DNA from: Phoronis australis
Lineage: Eukaryota > Animalia > Phoronida
Length of the DNA: 34,736 bases
Direction of reading: 5' to 3'
Assembly: GCA_002633005.1 (NCBI GenBank)
Contig: NMRA01000988.1
Location: 42,664-77,399 of the forward strand
Positions 10,461 through 20,974 of this stretch are shown piece after piece. The stretch's first letter is position 1, and each line of letters begins with the position of its first letter. The notes under the pieces were generated by a model that was not told where the DNA came from, ran no database searches, and saw nothing but the letters and a program-made list of their open reading frames with translations. The position numbers and the translations under genes were made by a program.

Positions 10461-11289
10461 CTAAACCCTCTCGACCCACGACCCCTCAACCCACGACTCT
10501 CTCGACCCATATCCCCCCACGATCTCATCGACCCATGACCTGTGGCAATAGATGTATGTTTTCGCTTTTTACACATTTCATAATCATATTACGTAAGACT
10601 TACCTAGAGGTGAATCTGCTCCGGCTCAAGTCTGGTGGTTAAAAGAAAGGAAAGTGGCGTATGAACGTGATCTGAAATTGGGAATTGTGAGCGCACTATC
10701 GCACAGTCACGGAAATAGTTCCACGAGCGGCTAGCACTAAACTCAGGAAGAGAGTACGTTAACGTGGTTGGACATAATTTCACATTTTATTATTTGCTTT
10801 CTGTTGTATACTTGTTTACAACATTCTCCATGTAATGTTGAACTACTTTTTAGTTAACAATTTCATTTTTCAAACTGTATTTACTGAAGAAATTTTCTTA
10901 TTTGTCGGTTCCTCGCATTCCCCCGAAAAAGCCCTAACATGCCATTCACAGAAAAGCAGACTATCACAGTTTTGTGGGAACGACATTTGTAACGTTAGTA
11001 GGTCTTTGATTTGTTTTGATTTGGTTGCGTTGTTTTATTTCTGCTTTTGGTTTTGAAACTTGCCGAATCGACTCTCTTAATTGCAAAACAACGGGGAAAA
11101 GCCAGCTGAGCTCACGGCCCGACTCGTTGGTCCTGCGAGTCAGCGCTTGTTCTATGTTCAGGTCGAGTCGAGCTTGTGCAGACTGGGACGAAAGGGTTGT
11201 GGGCCCTGGGTCGAGGGGATCGACGGTCGGGGGGGTCGTGGCTCGAGGGGGTCGTGGGGTGTGGGGTTGAGAGGGTTTAAGAACAATCC
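10461..11289. mobile_element. ~830-bp non-autonomous DNA transposon with TIRs and CGACCC-type subterminal repeats
   Basis: The left end taaaccctctcgacccacgacccctcaacccacgac is mirrored by the right end gtcgtggctcgagggggtcgtggggtgtggggttgagagggttta. The left arm is C-rich and the right arm G-rich. Confidence 0.75.
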
Positions 11290-11338
11290 AAATTCGAGTG
11301 CATTAGGAATGAAGAAATTATAGGTAACATTTAAGTCT

Positions 11339-11416
11339 GCCCCAACCGGGACTCGGTAGAACCTGGCAACTTCTGCTATCCGTGCACACGCGCCAGTCCA
11401 CTAAGCCATCGAGACC
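11339..11416 (-). mobile_element. tRNA-derived SINE head / tRNA-like pseudogene
   Basis: The minus strand has A-box TGGCTTAGTGG (11398-11408) and a B-box GGTTCGAGTCCC interrupted by 4 nt (GGTTCtaccGAGTCCC, 11348-11363), with tRNA-like spacing. No intact cloverleaf. Confidence 0.65.
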
Positions 11417-11739
11417 ACCGGTAGAATACAGATTCCAATGACCTAGTAGTGGGCATCTCGCCCTTTGAACTCCTGAGTGTATATAAGTATGTTTTCTTAA
11501 TTCAAATTACGGTTCAGGAGAGCGTTGGTGATTTAGCAAGTAGCTTTGCCCTCCCTAGAGGCTACTTAGAATTTACAAGTTATGCTACCTTTAGTGGGAA
11601 CATTTAAGATAAGGATAATCCGTTGTACCTGCGCTGTACGCAAGGCACGCGGTAGGCGCATTTCAACTCTTTGCGTGGTTCTTGTTTATTCGTATATAAT
11701 TTTGTTTATTCATATTTGCACCAACAACATTCTTCAGTG

Positions 11740-12025
11740 GGACCATAATTCCAATTATGAAGAGCTCAAGAGACAAGTGCTTTTTTCCGTCATATTGTTT
11801 GCAAATCATCATGTTTTCTGTGATGTCACCGATTGTTTACGAGCCGTCGACCGTCTCATAATGCATTTAAAAATGACAACAGTGCCGCATATAAAATCCT
11901 CTAAATTTGTGCGAGTATTCTTTCAACATCTTGACAACTTCATGACCAAACATGTAAACCAGAAAGCTAAGACACCGTTGGAAGAAACTACGATACCAAA
12001 CCGTCCTCCACAGTCAGTACTTGCA
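11740..12025 (+). mobile_element. Possible Gypsy integrase remnant
   Basis: NQKAKTPLEETTIPNRPPQSV resembles the K.PL....P..P(W/F)..V linker between the zinc-binding and rve domains. The Cys/His ligands are not preserved, so the call is weak. Confidence 0.2.
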
Positions 12026-12032
12026 GTTAAGA

Positions 12033-13027
12033 ACTAGAAAGATTATTGTTACGTCGTGACAATAATGGACTCTGCGTGTGCGTATTACTGGAATTATTAT
12101 GTGAAGTTACTGACAGCAACCCGTTTACCAATATGAAAAGGAATTCTTTAAAATTGTAGGAGAAATTACATATTAATATTCTGATGACCTTTCCACTAAT
12201 TGACCTCTTCCGGTGCATTATGATCCCCGATGAGGGAATAATTGTTAATTCGATTAAAAGTGTGGTTAATTCTAAAAATCACAGATATTTTACTTTAAGC
12301 ACTTCAGAAAACAAGATTAATGAATTGGTCAAACTTTCAGAAGTAAAATGCACCTAATGACCCCATGAGTGCACCAAATGACCTGAAAACTTAGAATTCA
12401 AACTCAACCGCGTTTATTAAACAGATATATAATTTTGAAGTCTAGCTCAAAATTTCTGATTTGTTAGGCCTATTGCGTAGTAAAGTATGGTCTTCGATTG
12501 GCATGTTGGCTTACATCAGTGTGCTGAATTTGAAAATAATTCCTTGAAAAATGTAGGAGATATAACATTTTGAACGTTAGATGACCTTTGCACTAATTGA
12601 CATTATCTGGTGCATTATAAGAATCTTCAGGAGAATAACTGCAAAGCATTTGTTAAGTGTGTTTAATGCTGGGAATGACAGTTGTCTAACTGTTGACACA
12701 TCACAATAATTGGTGAATGTAAATGTCAAATGGTCAGTCGAAAAATGCACCTAATGACAACATGGTTGCTCCAAATGACCTAAAATGGTCAAGGAGTGCA
12801 TTTTGACAAAATGCATTCCTTGACCGTTTCAGGTCATCCTAGTGCATATTGGGTTAAAAATATAATCAATATAAATATCTTAACTATCGTATCAATCACA
12901 GTGAATATTATTGTTCTAAATGAATGAATGCAGGAGTAATAACAATATGAAAAGGAAGGAAGAAGAAGAATAAGAAGATAAAATACGTAGAACAGTAAAA
13001 CTCTGCGCTTCAACGTGCAGAGTAATA
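12033..13027 (-). mobile_element. Chimeric HINE (family A body switching to family B at a palindromic junction near 12775-12837)
   Basis: It starts with the family A end actagaaagattattgttacgtcgtgacaataat. From about 12797 the sequence matches family B (compare 14401-14580 and 22881-23097) and ends in a type-1 terminus. Confidence 0.75.
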
Positions 13028-13152
13028 ATAATAATAAGAAGAATAAGAAGATAAAATACGTAGAGCAGGAAAACTCTGCGCTTGCACGCGCACAGTAATA
13101 ATAAGATAAAATACGTAGAACAGTAAAACTCTGCGCTTGCACGCGCAGAGTA

Positions 13153-14581
13153 ACTAGAACGCAATTGCGTATACGCACTTACAACTCGGGGCGTGATGTA
13201 TGCATGTGCATTGTGAAGTATAGGGGCATTACATTGCATAGAAGTTGCATCCTTTGTATGAAAGAGAGAAATGTCCCTGGTAACTATGAAAGAGCAATGA
13301 GTGAAGACTAAGAATATAAACGGAAAATTGCACCTAATGACCACACAGTTGCACCAAATGATCTCGAAAATTATGACTGAATTTTCTTTACGAATGAAAA
13401 CTAAATACGTGATTATGTAAGGTCTAGCTCAAAAATCACTTTTGCACTTAATTACCTTTGACAAGTAAACTCGATACCCTTGATCCGATTTAAATTCCAC
13501 ATAAATTTCGGATTCAGATCTGTAGTGATTACTTGTTATCAAAATTCGTTGAGTCTATCTAAAACCCTGTAGGAGAAGAAGCAATTTTATGGAACGCATA
13601 CCTTAACCCATTTCAGGTCAATCCGGCGCATTTTGAGTAAAATTTATGTGATCAATAGAATTTGATCGGCAATTGGTTGAACCACCATGAATATAAATGC
13701 TCTCCCTAATGCATCATTTAAGTACAAGCTGATTGAAAATGTCTTAAACTGCACTTAATGACCCCAAAGTTGAGCCTAGTGAACCCAAAGTTTGTAACTG
13801 AACTTCATTTATGAATGGTAACCATATGTATGATTATGAAAGGTCTATCTCAAAAATCATTTTTGCACTTAATGACCTTTGACCCGGAGACTGGGTTCCC
13901 TTATTCCGCTTGGAAATAAAAGTAAGTTTTCGAAGCACTTATCTGGTACCAACTTTTAATAAAATTGGAAGAGTTTTTCCAAAAACCCGTAGAAGAAGAA
14001 GAAGCAATTTGACGGAATGCACTCCTTTACTCGTTTCGGGTCATTCCGGTGCATTTCGAGTCAAATCAATGTGATCAAAAGACTTTGATCGGCAGTTGGT
14101 TGAACCACCATGAATATGGACGCTCTCCCTACTGCATCAACCTGATTAAAAAGTCTTAAATTTAACAGAAAACTGCACTTAGTGACCCCGATGTTTGTGA
14201 CTGAACTTGCTTTATGAATATTGATCGTATTCATGATTATGAAAGGTCTAGCTCAAAAATCAATTTTGCACTTAATGACCTTTGACCCGGAAACTCGGTT
14301 CCCTTGATCCGATTGGAATTCCAAATAAATTTCGGATGCAGATCTCTAGTGCCTACTTGTTAACAAAATTCGAAGACACTATCTAAAAAACTGTAGAAGA
14401 AGCATTTTGACAAAATTCACTCCTTGACACGTTTCAGGTCATCCTAGAGCATTTTGGGTCAAAAAATATAATCAATATCAAGACCTTAACTATCGCATCA
14501 ATCACAGTGAATATTATTGCTCTAAATGAGTGAATGTAAGAGTAATAACAATATGAAAAGGAAGGAAGAAGAAGAATAAGA
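13153..14581 (-). mobile_element. HINE family B copy (three ~405-430-bp internal units), interrupted in its microsatellite
   Basis: End actagaacgcaattgcgtatacgcacttacaactc (palindrome tgcgtatacgca). The unit marker aggtcta(g/t)ctcaaaaatca recurs at about 13420, 13840 and 14245. Confidence 0.75.
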
Positions 14582-15609
14582 ACTAGAATGCAATTGCGTA
14601 TGCGCACTTAAACTATGCGCATGGTGTATGCACATGCACAGTGAAGTATAGGCGCATTACATCGCATAAAAGTTGCATCTTTTGTGTGAAAGAGAGCGAT
14701 GTCCCTGGTAACTGTGAAAGAGCAAGAGTGAAAAGTAAGAATATCAACGGAAAATTACACGAAATGAACCCACAGTTCCATCTAATGACCCTAAAGTTTC
14801 TAACTGAATTTCCTTTACGAATGAGAAGTATATACCCGATTATGTAAGCTCTAGCTCAAAAATCACTTTTGCACTTAATGACCATTGACCCGGAAACTCG
14901 ATTCCCCTGATCCGATTTAAATTCCACGTAAATTTTGGGTGCACTTCTCTAGTATCTGCTTGTTATCAAAATTCGTAGAGTCTATCTAAAAATGTAGAAG
15001 AAGAAGCAATTTGACGGAATGAACTCTTTGATCCGTTTTGGGTCATTCCGGTGCATTTTGAGTCAAATCCAAGTGATCAATAGAATTAGATTGCCAATTG
15101 CTTGAACCACCATGAATATGAACCCTCTCGATAATGAATAATGTAAGAACGAGCAGATTGAAAAAGTCTGAAATTTAAGAGAAAAGTCCACTTAATTACA
15201 CCAAAGTTGCCTTTAATGACCCCAAAGTTTGTGATTGAACTTCTTTTGTGATTGTAAGCTACATGCAAGAATAAGAAAGGTCTAGCTCAAAAATCACTTT
15301 TGCACTTAATAGCCTTTGACCCAGAAACTCAGTTCCCTTGGTCCGATTTGAAATCCGTGTAAATTTTTGATGCACGTCTTTAGTCTCTACACGTTAACAA
15401 AATTCAAAAAGTCTACATAAAAACCTGTAGAATAAGAAGCATTTTGACGGAATGCACTCCTTGACCTGTTTAAGGTCATTCCGGTGCGTTTTGGGTCAAA
15501 AAATATAATCAATAAAAATCCCTTAACTATCACAGTTGATATGATTGTTGTAAGTGAATCAATGTAAGAGTAATAACAATCTGAAAATGAAGGAAGAAGA
15601 AGAATAATA
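14582..15609 (-). mobile_element. HINE family B copy (two internal units); its displaced terminus is at 17474-17524
   Basis: End actagaatgcaattgcgtatgcgcactt. Unit marker at about 14848 and 15278. Interrupted at aggaagaagaagaataat by a family A copy. Confidence 0.75.
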
Positions 15610-17468
15610 ACTAGAAAGTTCATTGTCACGGCGTGACAATAATGGACTCTTACAGGAATTGTTATGGAAAATCATTGACAACAACCTGTTTATTAATATG
15701 AAAAGGAATTCTTTTAAAGAATCACAGATGTCTAACTTAAAGCACTTCAGAATACAAGATGAAAGAATTGGTCAAACTTTCAGAAGAAAAATGCATCTAA
15801 TGACCCCATGGGTGCACCGAATGGCCTGAAATTTCAGAATTCAAACTGAATCGCATTTACTAAACAGATGTGTAATTTTGAAGTCTCTAGCTCAATATTT
15901 TAGTTTGCACTTAATGACCTTTGGCCTATTTGTTCTGATTGGATGGGCCTATTGCTTAGAAATAAGGGTATTCAAATGGCATGTCCGTTTACATCATTGC
16001 AAAGCCCGTGAAAAGTGTGTTTTATGCGGAGAATCACAGTTGTCTAACGGTTGACACATCAGAATACTTGGTGAATCAATAGGAAAAAATTTCAGAAGAA
16101 AAATGCACCTAATGAATCCATGGTTGCACTAAATGACCTGAAACTTCGTATTTCAAATTGAATTAGACGTACCAATCAGACTTGTGAATTGAAAGTGTCT
16201 AGATCAAAATTTTAGTTTGCACTCAAAGACCTTTGACCTATTTTCTCAGATTGAATGAGACTATTGCTTAGTTAAGTAGGGTATTTCATTGGTATGTAGG
16301 TTTTCACCAATTTGTTGGAATTGAAAAGACTTCCTTGAAAAATGTAGAAGAACTAAAACTTTCAAAATTAGATGACCTTTGCACTAATTGACACTATCCA
16401 GTGCATTACAAGCCCTTTTAGTAGAACTATTGCAAAATTCGTGAAAAGTATATTTAATGCTAAGAATCACAGTTGTCTAACGGTTGGCATATCAGACTAC
16501 CCGGTGAATGAAAAGGACAAATTTTCAGAAGAAAAATAAACCTCATGACCCCATCGTTGCACTAAATGACCTGAAACTTCGGATCTCAAATTGAATTAGA
16601 CGTACCAATCAGATTTGTGAATTTGAAGTGTCTAGCTCAAAATTTCAGTTTGCACCTAATGACCTTTGACCTACTATTTATGATGGGTTAGACCTTTTGC
16701 GTAGTAAAGTAGGGTGTTCAACTGGCACGTTGACTTACCCCAGTGTGCTGAAATTGAAAAGAATTACTTGAAAAACATGAGATACAACATTTTGAACGTT
16801 AGATGACCTTTGCACTAATTGACCCTATCCGGTGCATGATAAGCGTTTTGAGGAGAATTATTGCAAAGCCCATGAAAAATGTGTTTCATGCTGAGAATCA
16901 CACTTGTCTAACAGTTGACACATCAGTATACTTGGTGAATGAAAAGGTCAAATTTTCAGAAGAAAAATGCACCTAATGACCCCATGTTTGCACTACGTGA
17001 CCTGAAACTTTGGATTCCGAATTGAATTACCAGTGCCAATCAGACCTGTGAATTTGAAGTGTCTAGCTTAAAAATATTAGTTTGCACCTAATGACCTTTG
17101 ACCTGTTTAACCTGATTGGATGACCAGATTACTTAGAAAAGTAATTTTTTAAAATGCCTTATTGACTTATATCTGTGCATCGAATTTGAAAAGAATAGCT
17201 TTAAAAATGAAGAAGTAGCATTTTGAAAATTATATGACCTTTGCACCAAATGACCTCTTCCGGTGCATAATGGAATATGATTATATAATGAATCAAAATT
17301 TATGTACTGCCTAAAATCATAGGTTAAATTTGAAGATCATAAGTGCAACCACTTTGGAGTTATTAAGTTTCAAATTTGGTCGGAAGAAGAGTAAGAAGAC
17401 TAAGAATAAGAATAAAATTGAAGAAAACCCAGCAGCAGCAGTACTCTGCGCTTGCACGCGAAGAGTAA
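15610..17468 (-). mobile_element. HINE family A copy with both termini (about four ~430-bp units, one internally deleted)
   Basis: Hairpin cattgtcacggcgtgacaata follows actagaaag. The unit marker atgacctttgcac recurs at about 16372, 16803 and 17235. Microsatellite and type-2 terminus at 17411-17468. Confidence 0.8.
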
Positions 17469-17528
17469 TAAGAAGATAAAATACGTAGAACAGTAAAGCT
17501 CTGCGCTTGCACACACAGAGTAATAAGA

Positions 17529-20500
17529 ACTAGAAAGATTATTGTGACGGCGTGACAATAATGGACTCTGCTCTTGCATATTACTGGGATTGTAATGGGA
17601 ATAAATTGACAGTAACCCATTTACCAATAACAGAAGGAATTCTTTAAAACTGTAGGACAAATTACTTGGTAATATTTTGATGATCTTTCCACTAATTGAC
17701 CTCTTCCGGTGCATTATGAGCCCCGATGAGGGAAATATTCTAAACTCAATTGAAAGTGTTGTTGATGCTAAAAATCACAGATGTTTTACTTAAAGCACTC
17801 CAGAATACAAGATGATTGAATTGGTAAAACTTTCAGAAGAAAAATGCACCTCATGACCGCATGGGTGCACCGAATGTCCTGAAAATTTAGACTTCAAACT
17901 CGCTCGCATTTAGTAAACAGATATGTAATATTGAAGTCTCTAGCTCAAAATTTTAGTTTGCACTCAATGACCATCGACATATTTTTTTCTGATTGGTTAA
18001 GCCTATTGCGTAGTAAAGTAGGGTGTTCAATTGGCATGTTGACTAACACCAGTGTGCTGAAATTGAAAAGAATTCCTTGGAAAATGTGGGAGATATAACA
18101 TTTTGAACGTTAGATGACCTTTGCACTAATTGGCCCTAACCGGTGCATTATAAGCATCTTTTAGAGAATTATTGCAAAGCCCGTGAAAAGTATGCTTAAT
18201 GCTGAGAATCACAGTTGTCTAAAGATTGACATATCAGATTACTTGGTGTATGAAAACGATTAATTTTCTGAAGAAAAATGCAACTAATTACCCAACGGTT
18301 GCACTAAATGAACTGAAACATTGCATTTCGAATTGACGTACCAATCAGACTTGTAAATTTGAAGTGTCTAGCTCAAAATTTTAGTTTGCACCTAATGATA
18401 TTTGACCTGTTATATCTGATTGGTTGATTCAATTACTTAGAAAAGTAATTTTTTAAACTGTCATGTTGACTTAAACCTTTGCACCGAATTTGAAAAAGAT
18501 AGCTGTAAAACTGAAGGAGGGGTAGCATTTTGAAAATTATAAGACCTCGGCACCAAACGACCTCTTCTGGTTCAATATGGAATATGATTATATAACGAAT
18601 CAAAATTTATGTACTGTCAAAAATCATGTGCTGAATTTAAAAAACGTACCTGCACCCAATTTGAAGTTATTAAGCCTCAAAGTTGGTCGAAAGAAGAATA
18701 AGAACTAGAAAGATTATTGTCACGGCGTGACAATAATGGACTCTTCGCGTGCGTATTAAAAGAATTGTTATGAAAGTTACTGACAGCAACCCGTTTACCA
18801 ATTTCAAAAGGAATTCCTTACAATTGTAGGAAAAATTACATGTTAATATTTTGATGACCTTTCCACTAATTGACCTCTTTCGGTGCATTTTGAGTCCGGA
18901 TGAGGGAATAATTGTAAACTCGATTAAAAGTGTGGTTAATGCTAAGAATCACATATGTTTTACTTTAAACTCTTCAGAATACAAAATGAATGAATTGGTC
19001 AAAGCTTCAGAAGAAAAATGCACCTAATGACCCAATGGGTGCACCAAATGACCTGAAAATTTAGAATTCAAACTCAATCGCATTAAGTAAACAGATATGT
19101 AATTTTGAAGTCTCTAACTCAAAATTTTAATTTTGCACTCAATGACCTTTGATCTGTTTTTTCTGATTGGTTAGGTCTTTGCGTAGTTAAGCAGGTTGCT
19201 CAATTGGATGCTGACTTACACTAGTGTGCTGAAATTGAAACGAATTCCTTGAAAAACGTAAGAGATATAACATTTTGAACGTTAGATGACCTTTGCACTA
19301 ATTGACCCTATCCGGTGCATTATACACGTCTTTAGGAGAATTCTTACAAAGCTTATGAAGAATGTGTTTAATGCTGAGAATCACAGTTGTCTAACGGTTG
19401 ACACATCAGTATACTTGGAGAATGAATATGTCAAATTTTCAGAAGAAAAATGCACCTATTGACCCCATGTTCGCACTAAATGACCTGAAACTTTGGGTTC
19501 CAAATTGAATTACCAGTGCCAATCAGACCTGTGAATTTGAAGTGACTAGCTCAATATTTTAGTTTGCACCTAATGACCTTTGACCTGTTTAACCTGATTG
19601 GATGACCCGATTACTTAGAAAAGTAATTTTTTAAATTGTAATGTTGACTTAAACCTGTGCACCGAATTTGAAAAAGATAGCTTTAAAACTGAAGGAGGAG
19701 TAGCATTTTGAAAATTATACGACCTTTGTACCAAACGACCCCTTCCGGTGCAATATGGAATATGATTATATAACCAATCAAAATTTATATACTGTCAAAA
19801 GTTATAATCTGAATTTTAAAGACCGTACCTGCATCCATTTCGGAGTTATTAAGTGTCAAAGTTGGTCGGAAGAAGAATAAGAAAAATAAGAATAAGAATA
19901 AGAAGAACTAGAAAGATTATTGTCACGGCGTGACAATAACGGACTCTGCGCATGCGTATTACTGGAATTATTATGGGGAGTTACTGACAGCAACCCGTTT
20001 ACCAATATGAAAAGGAATTCTCTAAAATTGTAGGAGAAATTACATATTAATTTTTTATGAACTTTCCACTAATTGACCTCTTCAGGTGCATTATGAGCCC
20101 CGATGAGGGACTAATTGTTAACTCGATTAAAAGTGTGGTTAATGCTAATAATAACAGATGTTTTACTTTAAGCACTTCAGAATACAAGATGAATGAAGTG
20201 GTCAAGCTTTCAGAAGAAGAATGCACCTAATGACCCCATAGGTGCACCAAATGACCTGAAAATTTAGAATTCATACTCAATCACACTTAGTAAACAGATA
20301 CGTAATTCTGAAGTCTGTAGCTCAATATTTTAGTTTGCACTCAATGACCTTTGACCTATTTTGTCTGATTGGTTAGGCCTATTGCGAAGTAAAGTAGGGT
20401 ATTGTATTGGCATTTTGACTTACACCAGTGTGCTGAAATTGAAAAGAATTCCTTGAAAAACGTAAGAGATATAACATTTTGAACGTTACATGACCTTTGC

Positions 20501-20961
20501 ACTAATTGACCTTATCCGGTGTATTTTAAACATCTTTAGGAGAATCATTGCAAAGCCCATGGAAAATGTGTTTTATGCTGAGAATCACAGTTGTCTAACG
20601 GTTGACACATCGGAATACTTGCTAATAGAAAAGGTAAAATTTTCAGGAGAAAAATGCACCTAATGACCCCATGTTTGCACCAAATGACCTGAAACTTTGA
20701 ATTCCGATTTGATTTACCTGTGGCAATCAGTCCTGCCAATTGGAAGTGTCTAGCTCAAAATTTTAGTTTGTACCTATCGACCTTTGACCTATTTCACCTG
20801 AGTGGATGACCCGATTAATAAGAATAAAATTGAAGAAAACCCAGGAACAACAGTACTCTGCGCTTACACGCGCAGAGTAATAAGAAGAATAAGAAGAATA
20901 AGAATAAAATTGAAGAAAACCCAGGAACAACAGTACTCTGCGCTTACACTCGCAGAGTAAT
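17529..20961 (-). mobile_element. Three nested HINE family A copies (starts 17529, 18704, 19907) followed by two stacked type-2 termini
   Basis: A perfect 11-bp-stem hairpin (ttattgtcacg-g-cgtgacaataa) is present at 18704 and 19907. Bodies are about 1.2 kb, and the third is truncated near 20815. Termini aataaaattgaagaaaacccaggaacaacagtactctgcgc...cgcagagtaat are at 20823-20881 and 20903-20961. Confidence 0.8.
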
Positions 20962-20974
20962 AAGAAGAATAAGA

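Noticed and set aside
11339-11416. Functional tRNA gene
   Set aside because: The B-box is interrupted and the acceptor and anticodon stems do not pair properly. Kept only as a SINE head.
11582-12037. Longest ORF (151 aa) as a real gene
   Set aside because: It is low in recognisable features and ends inside the HINE terminus. At most its 3' part is a Gypsy integrase relic.
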